A stretch of 64,000 nt of DNA from positions 124,001-188,000 of IMG/VR virus record IMGVR_UViG_3300015265_000001, one strand, 5' to 3'. The notes under the pieces were generated by a model. It had not been told where the DNA came from, ran no database searches, and worked only from the letters and a program-made list of their open reading frames with translations. Positions 1 to 9,332 of this stretch are shown here, one piece after another; the stretch's first letter is position 1; every line of letters starts with the position of its first letter. The position numbers were made by a program, and so were the translations under genes.

Positions 1-17
1 ACAGCATCATTGCGTGT

Positions 18-1025
18 ATGCAAGACATCCATGCGCTGATCCTCAAGAATGACCCCGCCACGCCAGAGTTTGGGCTGTGGTTCAACAAGTATTGCCGTGT
101 TCCCTTTACCACGATCAGTAACGTGGCGGGTAAGAACAAACGCCTGGTAGTGCCTCAGCGGCTGGACTACATTGGCATTCAGTTCTCTGATGCTGAAATC
201 CAACGGGCACGTCGTGGTAGTTCCAGTAAGTTTGAAGCCGAGTTTAAATACTCCTTCTACTTCAACGAATTCACCAATTGGGAGTTCTTCTACCCACTGG
301 ACGTTTATCAGGATGAGATCCCAGAGAAATGGATCCCTATTCCTAATGAACAGTTCACTCGTCCTTTCAACGTACGGACGGCTCCAGAAGTAGCGTGGGG
401 GTTGTCTAACCAAACCACTCGCCAAACGGAAGCCCCCTACTTCCTGAAGTTACCCAAGCACGATCCTTGGGTTATGGCACGCATGCCTTTCGTGCAGCCG
501 ATCATTCAGGCACGTCTTGCAGTAGAAGACGTTGAGGGTCAGGAGCTGGTTAACATCTTCGACATCCCTGGCTTTAAATGGAGCGAACAGGTTAAAGCGT
601 ACATGCTGCGTCGTCACAAAGTGGCGTTTACCCAGTATGCCACGCCGTTCCTGATCTGGGTGTACAGTAATGACCTGCGCATTCTCCCTACTCAACTGAG
701 TATGGATGAGACAGGCTCTGTAACGCTCTCTCGCAAGCCTACGATGAAAAACGTGCACCACATCGTGGTAACGCTTGATTATTCGATACGCGACTACACA
801 GACGACTTCTGGGACGATCTGAGCAAGAACCCCCAGGACCTCAATCTGTTGCCCGCTATCTTCCCATGGTACCACTGGAATAAACTTCCGCAACCATGGC
901 TGAATCACATCAACCAAATCCGCAAGGACATCGACAAAGGCTTAGGCCTGCCGGGGGATAATCCTACCCGGTACATGATGAACCTCGGGCTTAACAGTTA
1001 TGTATTGGTAGAGGACAAACGTTAA
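18..1025 (+). CDS. Probable virion structural protein; may start upstream of the window
   Basis: 335-aa ORF, frame open back to the window edge; first of four tightly coupled genes preceding DnaB/MCP, a position occupied by structural genes in phiKZ-like phages. Confidence 0.4.
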   Translation: MQDIHALILKNDPATPEFGLWFNKYCRVPFTTISNVAGKNKRLVVPQRLDYIGIQFSDAEIQRARRGSSSKFEAEFKYSFYFNEFTNWEFFYPLDVYQDEIPEKWIPIPNEQFTRPFNVRTAPEVAWGLSNQTTRQTEAPYFLKLPKHDPWVMARMPFVQPIIQARLAVEDVEGQELVNIFDIPGFKWSEQVKAYMLRRHKVAFTQYATPFLIWVYSNDLRILPTQLSMDETGSVTLSRKPTMKNVHHIVVTLDYSIRDYTDDFWDDLSKNPQDLNLLPAIFPWYHWNKLPQPWLNHINQIRKDIDKGLGLPGDNPTRYMMNLGLNSYVLVEDKR

Positions 1026-2314
1026 TGGGACTCAAGGCCACGCCGCTGGGGTCGGTCATTCCGCCAGAACCGGAACGCCCCAAGATTTACAGTAACACGT
1101 ATAAACACTCCATCGTAGACTCGGCCTATACACCTGAGACCAGTCTGCTGTCGATGGTGGACGGTACTCCGCGATTGATGGAGTACTACCGGCGCAAGCT
1201 GATGCCAGATGAAGAACTCAGCCAGTTCCAACCGGATAACGCTGCTGTTTACCAAAGCTACACCCGCATCAAGAATTTGGTCGGTAAACAGGACGGTGCA
1301 GGGGCTTACGCATTTGACCCTACCAAGGGTGAAAGTGCGACAACCTTTGAAATGTGGCTTGCGTTCGATCTCAATCCCCTTCAGTGGGATGTGGCGATCA
1401 TGGATGCGGGCGAGGGTCGAGCTGGGCTCTACCAGATCAAAGAGCAACCAGAAATCCGCAACGATACTTCAAACAAGGTTTACCTCTGCACCTTTGAGAA
1501 ACTCGGTATCCTTACCGAAGACATCATGGCACAGCTGGAGATCCGTGTTGTTGAAGAACTGGTCTACTCGAAAGACTCGGCACTGCATGGTGGGATCTCC
1601 ATCATTACTCAGCCGGAGTTCAACACGGCCAAGGAACTGTTCAACTGGCGGTTGACGATTGCCAACTACATCATGAACGAGTTCTACTGGAACCCTGAGC
1701 GCACCATTGCCTGGGAAGACAAGAACGGTCGGAAGATCTACGACCAGTACCTGGTTAAGTTCCTGGCAGGACAAATGCCAGCGGACCTACGTACGTCTTA
1801 TCCACCGATCAACCTGTTCTCTACCCAATACGGTGGACGGGAGTACGGTGGTTTCGGTGACATCAATATCTGGGAAGTTCTGATGCGTGGGGATTTCAAT
1901 CTCCTGCCAGTTGCCAAGAACTCCACGATAACGATCGTGTCGACCAACCGCCTGATCAATACCCGTCAATACGGTAACTTGCGTTCCAGCAAGTTTGATT
2001 GGGTGGTAGTGGCTGACCCAGAACGTTATCAGATTCAACGGGCGTACTTCAACATGGATGGCTTCCCACTGTTAGCCTCCAGTCCGCAGTACACAACTAC
2101 CTACTTGTTCACCCCTGAGTTCTACGAGGGCCAACCACAGACTGATTTCGAACGTCTGGTGGTGGATGCCCTGAAGAACCATCTGGTTGATCGGGAGAAA
2201 CTCCTGAACTACTGCAAGGGGTTCTTTGAACTGGACAAGTGGCAACAACTTTACCACGGCGCGATCCTGTTGCTGTTGATTCAGGTGAGCCGTAAGTTCG
2301 GACCTCCTCTATGA
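1025..2314 (+). CDS. Probable virion structural protein
   Basis: 429-aa ORF coupled to upstream stop (TAATG); positional inference only. Confidence 0.45.
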   Translation: MGLKATPLGSVIPPEPERPKIYSNTYKHSIVDSAYTPETSLLSMVDGTPRLMEYYRRKLMPDEELSQFQPDNAAVYQSYTRIKNLVGKQDGAGAYAFDPTKGESATTFEMWLAFDLNPLQWDVAIMDAGEGRAGLYQIKEQPEIRNDTSNKVYLCTFEKLGILTEDIMAQLEIRVVEELVYSKDSALHGGISIITQPEFNTAKELFNWRLTIANYIMNEFYWNPERTIAWEDKNGRKIYDQYLVKFLAGQMPADLRTSYPPINLFSTQYGGREYGGFGDINIWEVLMRGDFNLLPVAKNSTITIVSTNRLINTRQYGNLRSSKFDWVVVADPERYQIQRAYFNMDGFPLLASSPQYTTTYLFTPEFYEGQPQTDFERLVVDALKNHLVDREKLLNYCKGFFELDKWQQLYHGAILLLLIQVSRKFGPPL

Positions 2315-3051
2315 AAATGCTCTATCCTCGTTACGGAGCCGTACGGTCTCGGTTGATCGAACTGTACGGTGTTTTGAATAACCGCGTCTACGGGGTCTGG
2401 GTGGCCCCGAAGAGTTTGATGACCATTGAAGACCTCCGTGGGCGGTACCACAACAACCAAGCGGGGTTTGCCAACGATCACAACTACTACGACGAACCTC
2501 AGCTTCGTCAAATGAAGGTGCCCCAGATCTTGGGGTTCCTCCCTAACGTCTTGTCTCCGGATGAACTGGGGTTTAACAAAGCCAACGAAACAGTGCCGGG
2601 TATTTACGAAAGCATTCAAGAGTACCTGGCGTTGTGGTGCGAGATGATCAGAACAGTTCCAGAGTTCAAATCACCACCTCGTGAAGAACTGCGCTTGCTG
2701 GAACATTTGGCGTACATGCTGTTTCCGGCTTACAAGAAGATTAAGCCGTTTGTAACCAACCAGGCTATTCGTGATGCCGCTAAGGACAGCAGGCAGCAAG
2801 AAGGTATGGGTCTGGCATCTCTTGGTATGCTGCTTACCATGAGCCCTATGCTCCACAAGGGCACGGGTAACGATATCAGCTTTGTGAGTCACCTGGATGA
2901 CTTGGACGGTCATGAGAAAGCGCAGTTTGCTATCGACAACGGTCCGGTAAACCCAGGTAACTTCTTCCCATCGATCAAGATCTCTTCTGACAGTCTGACT
3001 CGCGTGGATGTTTCACAAGACAACAATGACTGGATTTTCAGAGGAGATTAA
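2311..3051 (+). CDS. Conserved hypothetical or virion protein
   Basis: 246 aa, ATGA overlap with upstream gene. Confidence 0.45.
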   Translation: MKMLYPRYGAVRSRLIELYGVLNNRVYGVWVAPKSLMTIEDLRGRYHNNQAGFANDHNYYDEPQLRQMKVPQILGFLPNVLSPDELGFNKANETVPGIYESIQEYLALWCEMIRTVPEFKSPPREELRLLEHLAYMLFPAYKKIKPFVTNQAIRDAAKDSRQQEGMGLASLGMLLTMSPMLHKGTGNDISFVSHLDDLDGHEKAQFAIDNGPVNPGNFFPSIKISSDSLTRVDVSQDNNDWIFRGD

Positions 3052-3054
3052 GTC

Positions 3055-4413
3055 ATGGAAATGCCAAAGCCGATAGCCAACATCATTGCGCACGCAAATG
3101 CCATTGATGCAGTTGGTTATGAGAAGATTTTTACCGTTGACGCGACGATCATTACCCCGACTGAGCAGATCCCGTTGTTGATCCCTAACGGGTTTGCTTG
3201 TTTGGCGTTGTTTGGTCCTGCTCATGGGGGTGGCGTCTCTCACAGCGATAACGCTCGTATCAAGGCCCAGATCCAGCCGGGTGTTTACATGCGTAAGGTA
3301 CTGCCCAATAAAGACAACCTCTTTATCGAGGTGGTTGAACGGGTAGGTATCACGCAGATCATGCGTCGTTGGCGTGCAGTTCCTTTGGGAGATGCAGACC
3401 CGGAGATGCAGGGTGGTAACTCCGCTCTGGCAGACCTGACAACCAAAGATGCAACCAACATGATTACCGTGACCTTTCAGTTGTTTGAAACGGGCTATGC
3501 CCTGCTCAAGAACGAACTGGTTGCAGACACCCTGTTGATGGCGACTCTTAAGGATGTGCTGCACGGGATCCTGACGGAGTACGGTCAGCAATTGACGTTG
3601 ACGGGGGCTGATGCTTTCAAAGGGGTCAATATTGAAGAGCCGGTAGACAACACTCGGGTCTTCAGTCATGTGGCTATTCCTGCTGCGGTTCCACTGCCTA
3701 AGCTGGCTATGTGGGTACAGGAACATGACGAGTTTGGTTTCTACAGTACGGGGTTGGGTTGCTACTACCGGAAGGGTATGTGGTGGATCTACCCTCTGTA
3801 CCGCACAGGGCGTTACGAGAAGGCTCCAAAGGTGCTGAACGTATACCGAGTGCCAGAAGACGTTATCCCTACTCTGAAGCGCTCGTATTACGTTGAAGGG
3901 AAGGTGGTGACGGTCCTGTCGACTGGTGGCGGGGCTACCAAGGATGGTAGTGACATCAAGAAACAAAACGTGGGTACTGGTAAGCGGGTAATCACGTCTG
4001 ATGCAGCCATGGCAGAAACCGGTGTGTATTACAACAAAGGTCAAGCCATGACCACCCGTGCTGACTCTCTGTCGGAGTACCAGACGTCTAAGCGTGCCAG
4101 TGGCGAGGAAGTGATGGGTTACCATTCGGAACCTACCAACAACCTCTGCAAGCTGTTAACTGAGAACGCCAAGAACGACGGTAACCTCGTACAGGTAGCC
4201 TGGCACAACTCTGATGCTTCCTTGATCGATCCGGCTATGCCGGTGCGTTACTACTACATGAGCGGCAGTAATAACCTGGTGTATCGGGAAGGCACTGTTC
4301 ATGTGATCAAGACCGAGTGGCAGATGGATACCCAAAGCGCAGGGCAACCTACCTTCAGAGAGATTTCTCTCTTAGGGCTGTTCATTTCCGATGAAGAGAT
4401 TCCTGCGGAATAA
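3055..4413 (+). CDS. Probable tail/baseplate structural protein (hub-like)
   Basis: 452 aa, GGAG RBS, beta-rich composition; last gene of the block. Function from recalled synteny. Confidence 0.4.
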   Translation: MEMPKPIANIIAHANAIDAVGYEKIFTVDATIITPTEQIPLLIPNGFACLALFGPAHGGGVSHSDNARIKAQIQPGVYMRKVLPNKDNLFIEVVERVGITQIMRRWRAVPLGDADPEMQGGNSALADLTTKDATNMITVTFQLFETGYALLKNELVADTLLMATLKDVLHGILTEYGQQLTLTGADAFKGVNIEEPVDNTRVFSHVAIPAAVPLPKLAMWVQEHDEFGFYSTGLGCYYRKGMWWIYPLYRTGRYEKAPKVLNVYRVPEDVIPTLKRSYYVEGKVVTVLSTGGGATKDGSDIKKQNVGTGKRVITSDAAMAETGVYYNKGQAMTTRADSLSEYQTSKRASGEEVMGYHSEPTNNLCKLLTENAKNDGNLVQVAWHNSDASLIDPAMPVRYYYMSGSNNLVYREGTVHVIKTEWQMDTQSAGQPTFREISLLGLFISDEEIPAE

Positions 4414-4417
4414 ATCT

Positions 4418-4495
4418 TCAGCCGACTCCCTATGCCTATGCTCGAAAGAGTAAACTCTTGGGAAACCAGGGGGGCCCAGAGGGCGAGTTGGCTGA
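4418..4495 (+). ncRNA. Candidate structured RNA: three-way junction with two GAAA tetraloops
   Basis: Closing stem TCAGCCGACTC/GAGTTGGCTGA; hairpins TGCTC-GAAA-GAGTA and CTCTTGG-GAAA-CCAGGGG; junction closed by GCC/GGC; terminator follows. Confidence 0.5.
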
Positions 4496-4507
4496 TATAA
4501 ACTAAGC

Positions 4508-4540
4508 CCCTTACCGTAGGTAAGGGTTTCCTTGTTCTGT
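4508..4540 (+). terminator. Intrinsic terminator
   Basis: CCCTTACC-GTA-GGTAAGGG followed by a T-rich tract. Confidence 0.65.
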
Positions 4541-4561
4541 TCTTAAGGGGAATTAGCAATT

Positions 4562-4705
4562 ATGTTAAACGACCTTACCAAGAAAAAGATCAAGTTTTCT
4601 GATTTGATCTTCCCAAAGCCCTCCAAAAAGCAAGAAGAGGCTCGCGCGGCCTTGGCCAAGCCAGAACACGACAAACTGATTGAAAACGCTCTGCGCGTCT
4701 TGTAG
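4562..4705 (+). CDS. Small basic hypothetical protein (47 aa), not in ORF track
   Basis: MLNDLTKKKIKFSDLIFPKPSKKQEEARAALAKPEHDKLIENALRVL; AAGGGG RBS. Confidence 0.55.
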   Translation: MLNDLTKKKIKFSDLIFPKPSKKQEEARAALAKPEHDKLIENALRVL

Positions 4706-4723
4706 GCTGTTATAGCGGCTATA

Positions 4724-4763
4724 TTAATACCCTATCCGCTCCTATGAGCGGATAGGGTATTAA
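4724..4763. terminator. Perfect 18-bp inverted repeat between convergent genes
   Basis: TTAATACCCTATCCGCTC-CTAT-GAGCGGATAGGGTATTAA; no U-tract on either side. Confidence 0.6.
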
Positions 4764-4779
4764 GCTCCATTAGAGTTCT

Positions 4780-6327
4780 TTATGCTGCTACATCAAAGTG
4801 ATCGAAATCATTTTCAAGGTCGCCATTGGCGTTGAGTCGTTGAGTCAAGCTGCGTCGGAATGCTGGTTTCTTGCCAATATCGTGTTCCAAACCTTTCTCG
4901 GGATGCAGGTCGTAGATGCCGAACCGTTCTTCTGGCAAACAACCCTCGCCCCGTTGTTTACCCACACACCAAGTGAAGTAAACCTTAAAGGTTGTTTTAG
5001 CCACATGGATGGTAATAACCACATCCACTTCGTTGGTGATCTTGGTCGAGGTTTCAGTAAGCGACTTACCGGAAACTTCTCGAGCGAAGTACACCTCGGA
5101 TTCTTCGTCCGATTCCTGTAGCTTCATCTTCGCCGCTGGCGAGAGTTGATGAGGGGTCAGGAAGCAGATACCGCGAGCAATGATGAAACCCCTGATCTTC
5201 CGGAAGTGCAATTGCAGCTTGTCGGACTTTGTTTCACCAGGGATCTTGTCGATGTTTTGCAGACCGCAGTAGTCGTAGGCCCAGAAGATGATCTCGTGGC
5301 CTTTGAGTTCCAGTTGACGGCAACGGGCGAACATGGTGTTGGCCGAGTCTTTACTGGAATCAATTTGGTTGATGATGAGATACCAACCATTTTCTTTAAA
5401 GCAGCTAACGATGGCATCAACGATGTCCATGTTCTCAGCAGACTGGAAGTCAGCAGCAATGCCGTGACGGGCTGAGAGCGCCAGCTTATACATGCGCATG
5501 ATGATCAGGTCCATGGTGTCTTCGGCAGACTCCAGGAGGATCGTAGGGATCTTGGCTTTATCCCGCAGCATCGGTTTGTTGTACAGACCAATACTGGCAA
5601 CCATATGACTTGTAGCGAGAGACTTACCCCGGTTAGTCAATGCTTCAATCATGTACATCTTGCCACGACGGAAACCGCCGTCAGGATTCAGAGACTGGTT
5701 CAAACCATGAAGACCTGACTTCATGATACCTTCGAGGCTGTTCTCGCGTTTGGCCATATCAATAATGGCATTAAACGAGTCAGGTGTTTCAGAAGTAACC
5801 TGTGCAACAATTTCAGACTGACGTTCTTCCAGACCTTGGTTGACGCCAGCTTGTACCAAGTCGATTAGGTTAGCCCAATCGTCTTTCCCCATGTCGCTGA
5901 TATCTTTGAAGTAAAAGTCCTTGATGGCCTTCTTGAACTTCTTGGAGAACTCTTCACCTTCCGAGTTCAAACGGATCTCAGAGATATGCTGGTAGATAAC
6001 CTTTCGCGTCTGTTCATCAGACGGATAGTCTTCCAGACCGTGGGTGATTGCTTCCTTGAGGCTCTCATCATTTTTGACAAACATGCTGACACGTTGCAAT
6101 AACGATGATTTTATGACCAGTACATCTTCTTCGGGCTGTTCCAACAGCCAGCGGATAGTTGCGCGAATGCTATCCCGGATGCCTTTGTCTTGAGTAAAGA
6201 CATCGGAGTTAGGGACAGGCAAATCGTTTAACGTATCTACCAGTTCCGTGATTAAGTTGGTGTCCTTCAGCTTCTTAGCCTGATATAGCGCAGACAACAA
6301 CTTAACCAGTACCAATAAATCGTTCAT
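4780..6327 (-). CDS. dnaB: DnaB-like replicative helicase
   Basis: GFRRGKMYMIEALTNRGKS Walker A, ILLESAE, FWAYDY and LTPHQL motifs; next to MCP as in phiKZ-like phages. Confidence 0.85.
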   Translation of the reverse strand: MNDLLVLVKLLSALYQAKKLKDTNLITELVDTLNDLPVPNSDVFTQDKGIRDSIRATIRWLLEQPEEDVLVIKSSLLQRVSMFVKNDESLKEAITHGLEDYPSDEQTRKVIYQHISEIRLNSEGEEFSKKFKKAIKDFYFKDISDMGKDDWANLIDLVQAGVNQGLEERQSEIVAQVTSETPDSFNAIIDMAKRENSLEGIMKSGLHGLNQSLNPDGGFRRGKMYMIEALTNRGKSLATSHMVASIGLYNKPMLRDKAKIPTILLESAEDTMDLIIMRMYKLALSARHGIAADFQSAENMDIVDAIVSCFKENGWYLIINQIDSSKDSANTMFARCRQLELKGHEIIFWAYDYCGLQNIDKIPGETKSDKLQLHFRKIRGFIIARGICFLTPHQLSPAAKMKLQESDEESEVYFAREVSGKSLTETSTKITNEVDVVITIHVAKTTFKVYFTWCVGKQRGEGCLPEERFGIYDLHPEKGLEHDIGKKPAFRRSLTQRLNANGDLENDFDHFDVAA

Positions 6328-6350
6328 TAGGAAACTCCTAGGAGCTGAAA

Positions 6351-6899
6351 ATGATTCTTAAGACCCCACAAGGGAAGTCAGTCCGTATTTTTTACCTGAC
6401 CAGCGATATGCAACGTTTGCTGGCCAGTCAATCGATTCCTTACAGCGATCTTGCAAAGCTGTCAACATATCATCAGAAGTTGACCTTCGGTGAAATTGCA
6501 AGCATCCTGAAATTCCAGTATTTGGTGGCTCAACGTCTCGGCGTACTCATGCTCGATCCCAAACATGTGTTTGGTGAGGGCTACAACGCCGGCATGGTTG
6601 AAGCTGCATTTAATAGCCTGGACGGTGAAAGCTTATCCGGCGTTATTCAGGAAAGCACCTCATTCAGTTGCATCGATGCTGGCATGAATACCATCATCTT
6701 TCTATTTAATGGGGAGAACACTCCTAAGGCTCCTGGCTTCGACACGCTGGAGTGTGCCACTTTCTCCAGCGCTTTGCTGGAAACGATCTTTGCTAAAGTG
6801 GGGTACATGGAATCCCACAATGGCAAAATCCCAAAACCTAACCAGGGTGAGTTTACCTTGGCTGAGGTTTACAAACTGGTTAGTATCCAAAACCCGTAA
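6351..6899 (+). CDS. Hypothetical protein between helicase and major capsid gene
   Basis: 182 aa, AGGAG RBS. Confidence 0.6.
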   Translation: MILKTPQGKSVRIFYLTSDMQRLLASQSIPYSDLAKLSTYHQKLTFGEIASILKFQYLVAQRLGVLMLDPKHVFGEGYNAGMVEAAFNSLDGESLSGVIQESTSFSCIDAGMNTIIFLFNGENTPKAPGFDTLECATFSSALLETIFAKVGYMESHNGKIPKPNQGEFTLAEVYKLVSIQNP

Positions 6900-6912
6900 C
6901 TTCACTGTATTT

Positions 6913-6933
6913 TATGTGTAGCGCTAATACACA
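6913..6933 (+). promoter_or_regulatory. Possible late promoter (TATG) with 5' hairpin upstream of MCP
   Basis: TATG at 6913-6916 matches the phiKZ late-promoter core; TGTGTA/TACACA hairpin follows. The motif is short and weak. Confidence 0.35.
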
Positions 6934-6977
6934 GACAAATATATATTTGCAATCATCCTCAGTAAAGGATTCGAGTC

Positions 6978-9170
6978 ATGGCCTTTAAACAAATCAACGC
7001 GTCTCTGAAGAATACCGGAAACCTCTTCAGCGCCGTTCGCAGCGCCCTGGGCAACCAATCGCTCAACTCCGTCATCGGGGCTGAGAGCTTCCAAACGTTT
7101 GAAGAGGGTATCGGCAAGATCGACGGCGTTGAAAGCCATCAGCTGATGACCCTGTTCAAGTCCGTCACTCCGAAGTCGTACGACGCCGTCGCAGGCTCGC
7201 TGAATCGTTCCGGCGTTCCTGGCACCGAAATGGCGATCATGAACGAAGCCGCCAAGGCTCTGGCCGAAGTTACTGGTATCGAGGGTTTCTCGCTCCAGAA
7301 CTTCAAAGGCAGCGAGATGGACATCAAGGCTGCGAACCTGACGCTGAATGCTCAGTCGCACCTGCAAACCCCTGGCGCTGAAGCGCTGTTCTCCACCATC
7401 ACCGTTCGTTACGAAGACGAAGGCGCCAACCTGGTAGTCCGCGCCGCGGGTATCGGTTCGTACGCCTACGGCAACAGCGCCTGGCAGTCGGCTTCCGAAC
7501 TGCGTCCGATCTTCGGTCTGCTGCGTACCGGCGACATGTTCAAGGACGAAGTCCTGGCCGTGCACCCGGTGTTCCCAGAAGACAGCGCTGACGACAACCG
7601 TGACTTCTTCGTCGACGAAGCCATCGTTGCTCGTACCACTGCGACCTACCCGGAAGCAGACGCCTACAACCGTAGCTCCCACGCTACTCAGTACCTGAAA
7701 GTTCCGAACACCATTCCGAACCTTCTGGCTCTGACCCAGGTTCCAGGCCAGCGTCCATGGACCAGCACTGACGAACTCGAGTCGAACAGCCTCGTGGTCA
7801 AAGAAGTCATCGTCGGCGCCAAGCTGGGCGCTAACGCTGTCAACTTCTTCATCAACACCTTCTCGATCTCGAACAACACCTTCGGCCCTACCAGCCAAGG
7901 CCAAGGTTCCGACGACCGTGAAGTCAACCTGCACCTGCGCGCTCTGCCAGGTTTCAGCGTTCTGGACAAAACCGGCGCTACCGTCGGCGAAACCCTGTTC
8001 GCTACCTTCAAAACTGCCGGTTACGAGCCTCTGCTGAACATCAGCATGAACGGCAACTACCAGCGCCAGACCAACGAACTGCGTCTGAACGCAGGTCAGG
8101 TCACTGTTCACGGTCTGCGCGACCTGACCAATGGCAACGTGATCACCATGCACAAAGCCGACGCTACTCAGAAGGGTCTGATCAAGTCCCTGACGAACGG
8201 CGCCGTGGTCGGTATCGACCTGGGTGGTAACGTTTCGAACACCTCGCGCGGTAACTTCGGCTACCGTATCGAAGTATTCGATGCTGACAAGCGTCTGTCC
8301 GTACGCCGCAACAGCCCGGTATCGGTGAAATACCCAGTATCGGCCGACGACGTCAACCAGGGTTCCCTGGACTTCGCGATTCAGCAGATGTCGATCGCGA
8401 TCAACAACCAGTGCTCGAAGAAAGCGTTCGATGTGGCTCAGGAACACCTGAAGTACATCACCTCGATCGACGGCTCTCCAGTTGTTGGTAACCAGCAGGG
8501 CTCCAACGTTCTGCCAGGTCAGCACTACGTATCGGCTGCGGCCGTTAACCGTTCGTTCAAGATCAAGGACCGTGTATCGTCCCTGGACTCGATCGACGTG
8601 TTCGACAACGTTGCTTCTGTGTTCCTGAACGAAATCAGCGACATCACCGCTGCGCTGAACACCAAGTCCGGCCTGGCTGCGATCGCTGAATACGGCGGCA
8701 CCGACAAGATCGAATGGACCGTTGTGGTTCACCAGAACTTGGCGCGCTTCCTGATGCGTTCGGGCGACGCTCGTTCCCTGGGTCCAGTGACCCCGATGCA
8801 AATCGTTGAGACCAACTTCGACAGCCAAATCGGCCAACTGCTGATCGTTCCGAAGAACACCTCCACCAACGACTTCATCAACCCGCTGGGCGGCATCGGC
8901 GTGAACATCTCGAAAGAGAACATCGTCGTGCAGGGTAACGTGACTCGTGACCAACAGGACTTCGGTGTGGTCATGACCATGCCTACCTACCGTCACTGGC
9001 CGCTGAACGTCATCATCGGCTCGCTGATCATCGAAGATGCTCACGAGTTCCTGGGTGACGATGGCCTGCTGACCAAGCTGGCTAAACAGATCGTTCAAGT
9101 CGAAGGTCTGACCGACGGCATCAACGCTCTGGTTACCGCTACCGAAGGTAACGCACCAGTAAACCCGTAA
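6978..9170 (+). CDS. Major capsid protein precursor
   Basis: 730 aa, extreme C-ending codon bias, AAGGA RBS, strong terminator, G-X-E maturation-like sites near the N-terminus, phiKZ gp120-like size and position. Confidence 0.85.
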   Translation: MAFKQINASLKNTGNLFSAVRSALGNQSLNSVIGAESFQTFEEGIGKIDGVESHQLMTLFKSVTPKSYDAVAGSLNRSGVPGTEMAIMNEAAKALAEVTGIEGFSLQNFKGSEMDIKAANLTLNAQSHLQTPGAEALFSTITVRYEDEGANLVVRAAGIGSYAYGNSAWQSASELRPIFGLLRTGDMFKDEVLAVHPVFPEDSADDNRDFFVDEAIVARTTATYPEADAYNRSSHATQYLKVPNTIPNLLALTQVPGQRPWTSTDELESNSLVVKEVIVGAKLGANAVNFFINTFSISNNTFGPTSQGQGSDDREVNLHLRALPGFSVLDKTGATVGETLFATFKTAGYEPLLNISMNGNYQRQTNELRLNAGQVTVHGLRDLTNGNVITMHKADATQKGLIKSLTNGAVVGIDLGGNVSNTSRGNFGYRIEVFDADKRLSVRRNSPVSVKYPVSADDVNQGSLDFAIQQMSIAINNQCSKKAFDVAQEHLKYITSIDGSPVVGNQQGSNVLPGQHYVSAAAVNRSFKIKDRVSSLDSIDVFDNVASVFLNEISDITAALNTKSGLAAIAEYGGTDKIEWTVVVHQNLARFLMRSGDARSLGPVTPMQIVETNFDSQIGQLLIVPKNTSTNDFINPLGGIGVNISKENIVVQGNVTRDQQDFGVVMTMPTYRHWPLNVIIGSLIIEDAHEFLGDDGLLTKLAKQIVQVEGLTDGINALVTATEGNAPVNP

Positions 9171-9173
9171 TAA

Positions 9174-9245
9174 GGGTTGCGGCAGCCTACTACGGGGTTC
9201 TTGATCCTGAGTAGGCTCCGTGGTGTTGTAAGGCTGCGGTAACCC
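9174..9245 (+). other. Long structured 3' element after MCP
   Basis: Stacked helices 9174-9180/9239-9245, 9182-9188/9231-9237 and 9189-9197/9216-9224; alternative 8-bp helix 9184-9191/9210-9217. Confidence 0.5.
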
Positions 9246-9260
9246 CTGTAAAGGGAATGA

Positions 9261-9313
9261 ACATACCCTCCTCCTCTGCCTTCGGGTGGGGGAGGGGGTT
9301 ATGTCTCTTTTTT
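9261..9313 (+). terminator. Intrinsic terminator (UUCG loop)
   Basis: CCCTCCTCCTCTGCC-TTCG-GGTGGGGGAGGGGG followed by a T-run. Confidence 0.85.
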
Positions 9314-9332
9314 GCATTTTGTCTTTTCATTA

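Noticed and set aside
4418-4495. Resemblance to the c-di-GMP-I riboswitch (CUCGAAAGAGU), a hammerhead (GAAAC) or group II intron domain V
   Set aside because: The c-di-GMP-I GGCAAA/GACGCAAAG nucleotides, hammerhead CUGANGA and domain V geometry are absent. Kept only as an unassigned structured RNA.
6924-9317. 797-aa antisense ORF opposite the major capsid gene, and similar long antisense ORFs at 46153-47637 and 50699-51829
   Set aside because: Shadow ORFs from strong codon bias on the coding strand; they track the sense genes closely and show no recognisable motifs.
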